NCBI GenBank assembly: GCA_964516555.1
Contig: CAZFAI010000003.1
Coordinates: 1-37,596 of the forward strand
Length of the DNA stretch: 37,596 nucleotides
Direction: 5' to 3'
Source of the DNA: an uncultured Gammaproteobacteria bacterium
GTDB taxonomy: Bacteria > Patescibacteriota > Microgenomatia > UBA12405
The translations under genes were made by a program, and so were the position numbers. Positions within the stretch are counted from its first letter, which is position 1. Each line of letters starts with the position of its first letter. Positions 31,137 to 37,596 of the stretch are shown here, one piece after another. The notes under the pieces were generated by a model. That model was given only the letters and a program-made list of their open reading frames with translations, searched no databases and was not told the DNA's origin.

Positions 31137-32147
31137 ATGAAATTCAAACCACAATTCATCCGGGAATATACGGTTCAGCTAATCAGGGATTACTTTATTA
31201 CCCGCCAATATCACGAAGTCGACACCCCCACCCTCATGCCTCAAATCCCAATCGAACCCAATCTCTACCCTCTCAAAACCACCTGGGCCGAAAGGAATGT
31301 TGATTTTTACCTAGCCACGTCCCCTGAAAGTTCACTCAAAAAACTAATCGCTCAAGGGATTGGCAATTGTTTTGCCATCTCAAAAGTTTTCCGTGATTTA
31401 GAAAATATAGGACCTACTCATAATTTAGAATTTTCTATGCTCGAATGGTATGAAATGAATAAAAATTACAAAGACATTGCCAATACCACCATAAAGCTAG
31501 TAAATAACATATTCCTTGGAATCAATAAAATTCTAAACAATAAAGCAACAAATATCCTCAATTATCAGGGTTCTCAAATCGACCTATCTTCACCCTGGAA
31601 CGAATGTATCTTAAATGACTTATTCAAAAGTTATGCGGATATGGATTTAAGTCAAAACCTAACCACTAAAAACATCAAACAAACTGCTCAAAAAAAAGGT
31701 TACAACATCGATAGTGTCAACACTTGGGAGCCCCTCTACACTCAAATTTTTATAAATGAAATCGAACCCAAACTCCCCACCGACAAACCAACCATTATTT
31801 ACGACTACCCTACTCGCCAATCCCCTCTTTGTGCTCCCTGCCCCGAATCTCCTGGGTTTTCTCAACGCTTCGAATTCTATATCGGCGGAATGGAAATTGG
31901 TAATGCCTATACCGAACTTACCGATCCTCAAATTGTGGAAAATAACTTCCAAAAAGAAACTATACTTAGGCAAAAATACAAACTTCCTATTCACCCTTAT
32001 GATCGGGATTTTATCAAAGCCATAGGCAAACTTCCTCCTTGTGCCGGTATCGGACTGGGTGTAGACCGCCTCTCAATGCTCTTTGCTGACACCCCAAATA
32101 TTGAGGATGTTCTCTATTTCTCTACCTCAAAGCTACTTTCTTCCTGA
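31137..32147 (+). CDS. stand-alone class II aminoacyl-tRNA synthetase catalytic-domain paralog (EpmA/PoxA/GenX-like)
   Basis: Motif 2-like FRDLENIGPTHNLEFSMLEWY and motif 3-like GIGLGVDRLSMLF. No anticodon-binding domain. Start set at MKFKPQFIREY. Confidence 0.7.
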   Translation: MKFKPQFIREYTVQLIRDYFITRQYHEVDTPTLMPQIPIEPNLYPLKTTWAERNVDFYLATSPESSLKKLIAQGIGNCFAISKVFRDLENIGPTHNLEFSMLEWYEMNKNYKDIANTTIKLVNNIFLGINKILNNKATNILNYQGSQIDLSSPWNECILNDLFKSYADMDLSQNLTTKNIKQTAQKKGYNIDSVNTWEPLYTQIFINEIEPKLPTDKPTIIYDYPTRQSPLCAPCPESPGFSQRFEFYIGGMEIGNAYTELTDPQIVENNFQKETILRQKYKLPIHPYDRDFIKAIGKLPPCAGIGLGVDRLSMLFADTPNIEDVLYFSTSKLLSS

Positions 32148-32777
32148 TCCACCGATCATCGCTGCCAAGCTCTCAACCACCACCATTACCTCTTCCGATC
32201 CTGTTTTTTTGGCTGCAGTTTTTAATGCCTTCGAATACTTTCTTCTTGCCACCCAGGAATCAATTTCAGCCAAAGGATATACGTCTACAAAATAAAGCTT
32301 GTTGGTTTCACTCTCCACCACAAAGTTTCTAAATTCATCATGCGCATGGCGTACCCCACCCAATAAATCCGGCAAAATTGGATAACCCACCTCTCTTCTT
32401 GTAATTTCAGCCATCTTGCTACATTTTGCTAAAAAACCTGCCAATTGACCGCTTACTCCCGGCTCAAGGACTTTCATATCAGATAACGGCTTGCCTTTTA
32501 TCCAATCCATCGAAATCACACATACACAACCCGAAGCCCACCTCGGATCGTCAACCACCCTCATTTCGCAATTCGGAATCATACCTTCCAATCCCCACCT
32601 TGGATCCTTTAAAATATTGATACTCCTTCCCACCAGTCTCTCATAATCACTTTTCTCAGGTACATGGCTAAAGCTGCTTTGCGGTAAATCCGGCAAATTT
32701 AATACCTGTTTATTGACCCTGTCCTCTCCAGGCAACAAGTCTATCATAGTGTTCATCCCTAACTCTATGGCTGTCAT
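32133..32777 (-). CDS. hypothetical protein (214 aa)
   Basis: ORF with GATAAT 8 nt upstream. RHAHDEFRNFVV...LYFVDVYP only weakly resembles a kinase-like catalytic loop. Confidence 0.5.
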   Translation of the reverse strand: MTAIELGMNTMIDLLPGEDRVNKQVLNLPDLPQSSFSHVPEKSDYERLVGRSINILKDPRWGLEGMIPNCEMRVVDDPRWASGCVCVISMDWIKGKPLSDMKVLEPGVSGQLAGFLAKCSKMAEITRREVGYPILPDLLGGVRHAHDEFRNFVVESETNKLYFVDVYPLAEIDSWVARRKYSKALKTAAKKTGSEEVMVVVESLAAMIGGSGRK

Positions 32778-32827
32778 ATCACAATATTATCACTAAATAT
32801 ATCATTTTCTGCTAAAATTACACTGAT

Positions 32828-32974
32828 ATGTCCAAAATCAACGAACCTAAAAATCCGTCTCCTGAGCCACTAATACCCAAGCGCCCTCAATTACCTCAGA
32901 TCCACCAAAAACCTATTTTCAACACCCGATCTTTCAATCGAATATTTAATTCCAACAACCGCGGTCGAAGATAA
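32828..32974 (+). CDS. possible 48-aa Pro-rich basic micro-protein
   Basis: Hand translation: MSKINEPKNPSPEPLIPKRPQLPQIHQKPIFNTRSFNRIFNSNNRGRR. TAAAAT lies 9 nt upstream. It is below the ORF-track size cutoff. Confidence 0.2.
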   Translation: MSKINEPKNPSPEPLIPKRPQLPQIHQKPIFNTRSFNRIFNSNNRGRR

Positions 32975-33066
32975 GCTTCCTTCTTCTTATCATTCTCTTA
33001 CATTCCTTTCACACCAGCCTTACTTGTTTATCTTATCTTTAGAGTTGAAGGCGCAAAAATAAAAAC

Positions 33067-33123
33067 ACCAAGGCCAACTTTACCCCGTTGTGGGTTTAAA
33101 AATTTTAGGTCCTTGGTTTTTTT
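33067..33123 (+). terminator. hairpin with a large loop and flanking A/T runs; possible bidirectional terminator
   Basis: ACCAAGG (33067-33073) pairs with CCTTGGT (33111-33117), followed by TTTTTT. The loop holds an inner ACCC/GGGT hairpin. An A-run precedes the stem. Confidence 0.35.
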
Positions 33124-33140
33124 ATGTTATATTAAGTTCC

Positions 33141-34562
33141 ATGCCCCGCACATTCGACAAGTTGGCTTTTGTGGATATTGAAACCACCGGTACCAGCTCC
33201 TTCCGCGATCGTATTATCGAAATAGCAATCCTGCGTCTCGAAAATGGTATATTGGTTGATTCTTTTGTTTCACTTGTTAACCCGGGATGCCGACTTTCTC
33301 CCTTTATTTCACAATTTACCGGTATTTCTGAAAAAGATATTGAGTCCGCACCTACATTTGCCGAAGTCAAGGAAAAGGTTGAGGAGATACTCGATGGTGC
33401 CATTTTTGTTGCCCACAATGCCCGCTTCGACTATTCATTCATCAAACGTCACCTTAAACACCTTGGATCCTTATACACCGCTCCCACCCTTTGTACCGTC
33501 AAACTTTCACGCCAACTATTCCCAAAATATCACCACCACGACTTGGATAGCCTTATAAATCGGTTTAATTTTTCTTGTCCCAACCGCCACCGTGCCCATG
33601 ATGATGCCAAAGTCCTCATCGATTTTTACAACTACATCCATGCTAACTTACCCTCCCAAAAACTGGAAAAAGCTATAAACCAACTTCTTCAAAAACCCTC
33701 TCTCCCGCCTGCCATTAACTTTGATCTGATAAATTCACTCGACCAATCACCGGGTGTCTATATTTTTTATGACAAAACCAATCTGCCTCTCTACATCGGT
33801 AAAAGTAAAAATTTAAAAACCCGGATCCTTTCTCACTTCCAAAATGACGTCAATTCCGAAAAAGAACTCTCCCTCTCTCGGGAAATTGCTGATATCAAAA
33901 CTATTTCTACCGCTGGCGAACTGGGAGCTCTTCTTCTTGAATCTCAACTAATAAAGGAACTTCAGCCAACCAAAAACCGACTTCTGCGCCACTCAAAAAA
34001 AATGATCCTGGCCAAACAAACTACTGACCAAAATGGTTATTACACTGTCAGTCTAGAAGCTGTCAATCGCATTAGTCTCAAGGATACCGAAAATCTCTTG
34101 GCTGTTTTCAAAAACCAAAAACAAGCGGTATCAACTCTCTTTCAAATTGCCAAAGAAAAACAACTCTGCCCCAAAATTCTAGGCTTAGATAAAAGTAAAA
34201 ATGCCTGTTTCAACTATCACCTCAATCTCTGTTTGGGTGCTTGCGTAAACCAGGAAAACCCGCTTTTTTACAATATTCGTTTTCTGAATAGCTTTTCCAA
34301 AAAAATCCAACCATGGCCTTTTTCCGGCCCAATTATCATCACCGAAACCAATCCCGACAACGGTTTAACTGACAAATTTTTAATTGACTCCTGGTGTTAC
34401 CTGGGTCACTTCCAATCCGGAGAAAATTCGGACAACACCACATCCCGTCATCCGGAGTTTAACTACGATACCTACAAAATTCTTCACCGTTTTATCAACT
34501 CTACGGCCAATCAATCCTTGATAACTCCCTTTACCGCATCAAGCAATTCGTTCGAAGAATGA
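33141..34562 (+). CDS. DEDDh 3'-5' exonuclease (DnaQ-like) fused to a GIY-YIG nuclease domain (Cho/UvrC-N-like)
   Basis: ExoI FVDIETTG, ExoII VAHNARFDYSF and ExoIII HRAHDDAKV, then GIY-YIG PGVYIFYDKTNLPLYIGKSKNLKTRILSHF. Confidence 0.85.
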   Translation: MPRTFDKLAFVDIETTGTSSFRDRIIEIAILRLENGILVDSFVSLVNPGCRLSPFISQFTGISEKDIESAPTFAEVKEKVEEILDGAIFVAHNARFDYSFIKRHLKHLGSLYTAPTLCTVKLSRQLFPKYHHHDLDSLINRFNFSCPNRHRAHDDAKVLIDFYNYIHANLPSQKLEKAINQLLQKPSLPPAINFDLINSLDQSPGVYIFYDKTNLPLYIGKSKNLKTRILSHFQNDVNSEKELSLSREIADIKTISTAGELGALLLESQLIKELQPTKNRLLRHSKKMILAKQTTDQNGYYTVSLEAVNRISLKDTENLLAVFKNQKQAVSTLFQIAKEKQLCPKILGLDKSKNACFNYHLNLCLGACVNQENPLFYNIRFLNSFSKKIQPWPFSGPIIITETNPDNGLTDKFLIDSWCYLGHFQSGENSDNTTSRHPEFNYDTYKILHRFINSTANQSLITPFTASSNSFEE

Positions 34563-35848
34563 TAAGAGAACAATTCCTTCTCCCAACTGCTACTTTTTAT
34601 ATCAACCACCGGATCAACACCATTGCCTTCTATTGGCATCCCATCTTCTCTTAATGTCAAACTGTGCACCAAAAAAATCGAATGCTTCTCGTCATCCGCA
34701 ATTTGTTGTTTTAAAGGAAATACCCTCTCCACGGTTCCCCATCCCTTAGTCGTCGTACCCACAACCACTCCTACGTTATATTTCTTTAAAGTTGCCGCCA
34801 TTAGTTCCGCCGTTGATTGGCTATTCTCATTTATCAGTATCACTACCTTCTTGTACCTCACCATGCTATCCATCCACCCTATCCTCGTTTTAAAATCAAT
34901 TTTTTCTCCCTGATGAAAAAACTGATATGCGTACTGATCATTACCAATAAACGGTCCTAGAAAATAGGGCAGTTGATCAATCGCTCCTCCAATGTTATCC
35001 CTTAAGTCAAAAACCAGGCTATCTACTTCCTTCCTATTGCCAACCTTATCCATTACCCTGGATAACTCATCAAATGTTGTTGGCGAAAACTTAGTTAAAT
35101 GAACATAATAAGTACTCCCGTTTAAAAGCTTGTAATCCATTGTCGGCTCAACTCCGTAAACATCATAAATTTTCCTCCCTTCTTCATCTTTCAGCACCTT
35201 ATATGCTTCCTGTATCTGGGCGTACTTTTCAGGGGCTTCCGGATCTTTATTTACTTCAGGATTCCATTCAGCAGATTTTTCTTTATAAGCATTTTCAATC
35301 TCAACTTGCGAGGCTTCTTTTCCCAAACCCAGCGGCTCATACCTGTCTTCACCGGACTTATTGGTCACATTATCACTCAACACCTTCTCCTCCTTTTGCG
35401 TATACAAACGGCTCCTGCCAATTGGCTCTAGGTTGGACAACACCAAGTCAGCCAGTGTCGCGCTGAATTCTTTTCTTTGGTCGTCAGTCTCATACTGATC
35501 CAGTGTCTTTTGTAAAATTTTGTCCCAATCAACCTTGTTTGCTTTAGTCATATTCATGGCTTGACCTGTCAATCTCTCAGTACCCAGCAAAAATAATTCT
35601 GTTAATTTTTGATCGTCAAGCTTATCCCAATGATTATCTTTTATTACAAAGTAGACCTCATCCAAAAAGGCAGCATATTTGTTTTGTTGTACTCCGGCAA
35701 TATTCCCACTCAGTTCACCTGTTTCGTTTTTTGAGGCTAGTTTGTAACCCCCGGCCAATCCCGCACCCAAAAAAGCTAATACCAGAAGCACCGATAACAA
35801 TGTTCTCTTCAACCGCATGCTAAAAAGATAATCTATTTTGACTTTCAT
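34511..35848 (-). CDS. membrane-anchored S41 (C-terminal processing) peptidase with an inserted degenerate J-domain
   Basis: N-terminal TM helix. S41 motifs [21 protein letters not shown] and TTKGWG. Residues ~168-232 read [63 protein letters not shown]. Confidence 0.8.
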   Translation of the reverse strand: MKVKIDYLFSMRLKRTLLSVLLVLAFLGAGLAGGYKLASKNETGELSGNIAGVQQNKYAAFLDEVYFVIKDNHWDKLDDQKLTELFLLGTERLTGQAMNMTKANKVDWDKILQKTLDQYETDDQRKEFSATLADLVLSNLEPIGRSRLYTQKEEKVLSDNVTNKSGEDRYEPLGLGKEASQVEIENAYKEKSAEWNPEVNKDPEAPEKYAQIQEAYKVLKDEEGRKIYDVYGVEPTMDYKLLNGSTYYVHLTKFSPTTFDELSRVMDKVGNRKEVDSLVFDLRDNIGGAIDQLPYFLGPFIGNDQYAYQFFHQGEKIDFKTRIGWMDSMVRYKKVVILINENSQSTAELMAATLKKYNVGVVVGTTTKGWGTVERVFPLKQQIADDEKHSIFLVHSLTLREDGMPIEGNGVDPVVDIKSSSWEKELFSYHSSNELLDAVKGVIKD

Positions 35849-35872
35849 TTCCAGTCTCTGCTAAAAATATGT

Positions 35873-36391
35873 ATGCTCTATTTGTCCGTTATCCTTTTTA
35901 TTTTATTTCTATACTTCGCAATTTTAGGCTATTTTTTTTACCGCCTTACCATAGCCCCGGGAGCCATTTACTATCCTACTCCCGAAAAAACTGTTATTGA
36001 CATGCTTGATTTAGCCAAAGTTGGTCCAAAGGATACCGTCCTTGACTTAGGATCCGGTGACGGCCGGATACTAATAGAAGCCGCCAAGCGCGGTGCCAAG
36101 GCTATTGGCTACGAGATAGACCCCCTCCTGGTCCGCCAGTCCCGCAAATTGGTTCACAGTGAAAATCTATCTCACCTCGTTACCATTCACAACAACAACA
36201 TGTGGAAAGCCAACCTTAGTCAAGCCACTGTTATTACTCTATACCTTTTCCCCAATTTTATGAACCGGCTCCAAAAATTGCTCGAAAAAAAACTCACTCA
36301 CCCCATCAGACTTGTCTCCCATAACTACCAATTCACCAAAAAACAACCCTCCCGAAAATCCGGCAATCTGTATCTTTACACCTTCCCTTAA
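35873..36391 (+). CDS. class I SAM-dependent methyltransferase with an N-terminal TM helix
   Basis: Motif [17 protein letters not shown]. Has a hydrophobic N-terminus. Confidence 0.7.
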   Translation: MLYLSVILFILFLYFAILGYFFYRLTIAPGAIYYPTPEKTVIDMLDLAKVGPKDTVLDLGSGDGRILIEAAKRGAKAIGYEIDPLLVRQSRKLVHSENLSHLVTIHNNNMWKANLSQATVITLYLFPNFMNRLQKLLEKKLTHPIRLVSHNYQFTKKQPSRKSGNLYLYTFP

Positions 36392-37500
36392 TTTAAATCA
36401 AAATAATAGTCTAATTCTTCCCTCAAAAAACCTACCAATTCCGGCTCGTTTTCCAAAACGACACCCGTCTTTCGGTACACTTCTCTCCTGATTATCCTAA
36501 AAAGTTCCATTACATCATCCGCCTTTGCGCTGCCGTTATTTACCAAAACCAACGGCTGATTTGGATTTACATATACTCCTTTTACCTTAGTCCTTTTCAA
36601 TCCACACATATCAATCAGCAAAGCACCAGGCAATTTAATCATTTTTTTCCCTTTTCTGGCCAGTTTAATTAATCTAGCCACTTCTTCTTCCGAAAAATTT
36701 TCTTTTAATCTTTCCACCAATAGTAAAAAATCCCTCCCCCCCATAACCACATTCTTAAAAAACGAACCTGAATTCCCTCCTTTTACCGCTACCGGAAATG
36801 GATATTTTTTATCCCTTATCTCAATAATTGCCTGTCTGATTTGGTCAATACTTGGACTCTTTATCTTTTTTTTCCAAAAATACTCCTTCAAATCCTTATA
36901 TCTTAAATTCTGTTTCCTTCTTTTACTAAGTCTGATAACTACCGCCAACACCACCATATCACCCTTTCTCCCTTGGTTAAATACACTCCTTCGGTAATCA
37001 AATTTACACGCTCGGTTATCTAATTCCAATAACTTTCCTGTCAACTTCTCCCACGCTTCCACCTCAACTACCACATCACTTATCTGCTGCCCATAAGCTC
37101 CCACATTCTGCACTACGGTAGCTCCGCAACTACCTGGAATATGCGACAAATTCTCAATCCCCCACCAGCTACTCTTCACTGCTTTTTCCACCACCTCATC
37201 CCATACCTCGCCCGCCTCTATTCTCAGCCACACCCAATTCTCATCTTCTTTTATTACATTTACTCCTTTATTAATCATTCTGATCACCAACCCGGGAAAA
37301 CCTCTTTCAGACACCACCATATTACTACCACCCCCCAAAACCAACACTGGTAATCCCCTATTCTTAGCAAATTCCAATATTCTTCCCAGATCCTGACTTC
37401 TTCTAACTTCAGCAAAAAACTCGGCCTTACCACCAACCCGAAAAGTCGTCAAATTTTTTAGAAGATAGTTCTTTTTGATTTCAACTTGTCGTACCGCCAT
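36388..37500 (-). CDS. murB: UDP-N-acetylenolpyruvoylglucosamine reductase
   Basis: FAD-binding N-terminus ([22 protein letters not shown]) and a MurB C-terminal region. TAGAAT lies 8 nt upstream of the ATG. Confidence 0.9.
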   Translation of the reverse strand: MAVRQVEIKKNYLLKNLTTFRVGGKAEFFAEVRRSQDLGRILEFAKNRGLPVLVLGGGSNMVVSERGFPGLVIRMINKGVNVIKEDENWVWLRIEAGEVWDEVVEKAVKSSWWGIENLSHIPGSCGATVVQNVGAYGQQISDVVVEVEAWEKLTGKLLELDNRACKFDYRRSVFNQGRKGDMVVLAVVIRLSKRRKQNLRYKDLKEYFWKKKIKSPSIDQIRQAIIEIRDKKYPFPVAVKGGNSGSFFKNVVMGGRDFLLLVERLKENFSEEEVARLIKLARKGKKMIKLPGALLIDMCGLKRTKVKGVYVNPNQPLVLVNNGSAKADDVMELFRIIRREVYRKTGVVLENEPELVGFLREELDYYFDLN

Positions 37501-37536
37501 TAATTACATTCTATCTCCTACAAGCTAATTTTGCAG

Positions 37537-37596
37537 TTATTTCTCTAAATCTTTTTTCTTTTGCTCGTATTCTTCTTTATCGATTTCACCGTTTAC
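37537..37596 (-). CDS. C-terminal end of an upstream gene (SHOCT-like tail); the gene begins beyond the window end
   Basis: Reads in frame from the window edge: VNGEIDKEEYEQKKKDLEK then stop. Confidence 0.35.
   Translation of the reverse strand, partial: VNGEIDKEEYEQKKKDLEK

Noticed and set aside
32133-32777. Protein-kinase or aminoglycoside-phosphotransferase-like call for the 214-aa protein
   Set aside because: HAHDEFRN...FVDVYP only loosely resembles the HxDxxxxN...D catalytic loop. The Asp-to-Asn spacing is off by one and no glycine-rich loop was seen. It is left as hypothetical.
1-37596. CRISPR arrays, rRNA genes, IS elements or prophage genes
   Set aside because: I saw no regularly spaced direct repeats with unique spacers, no rRNA-like sequence, and no transposase, integrase, capsid or terminase ORFs in any frame of the ORF track.

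Overview
This is an AT-rich (about 40% GC by eye), very gene-dense bacterial chromosome segment. Its content suggests a small-genome CPR/Patescibacteria-type organism, though that placement is inference: short EF-Ts, Lys-rich ribosomal protein extension, minimal SufCBD, DprA, a Wzy_C+TPR membrane protein, an orphan VirD4-like ATPase and several glycosyltransferases. Housekeeping genes: rseP (partial), frr, tsf, rpsB, topA, dprA, mrdA, mreB, def, fmt, rpmB, an M50 protease, sufC/sufBD, hpf, rpmG, murB. There are three tRNAs: Thr-UGU, Thr-GGU and Ser-UGA.

Two properties hold across the window:
- C exceeds G about 2-fold on the given strand regardless of gene orientation, and this visibly reshapes protein composition by strand.
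- Most genes lack a Shine-Dalgarno (SD) site but have a TATAAT-like box 6-10 nt upstream of the ATG, suggesting leaderless mRNAs.

Three regions break this background:
1. 2489-3632: two paralogous GC-rich minus-strand cassettes. They share 5' and 3' blocks, base-pairing ends and strong SD sites, but carry unrelated small Cys-rich cargo. They lie next to the VirD4/TraD-like ATPase. This is my best candidate for an undescribed system.
2. 26325-28160: a GC-rich pair made of a Thr/Pro-repeat surface protein with a C-terminal sorting signal and a Tat-signal protein with a sortase-like His/Cys/Arg order.
3. 23.7-26.3 kb: an accessory stretch of small secreted proteins after the tRNA cluster.

Other oddities: an S41 peptidase with a degenerate J-domain where a PDZ domain is expected, a radical SAM/SPASM gene overlapping the rpmG stop codon, and a 413-bp hairpin-rich region upstream of hpf. 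No CRISPR array, rRNA, transposase or reverse transcriptase was seen.
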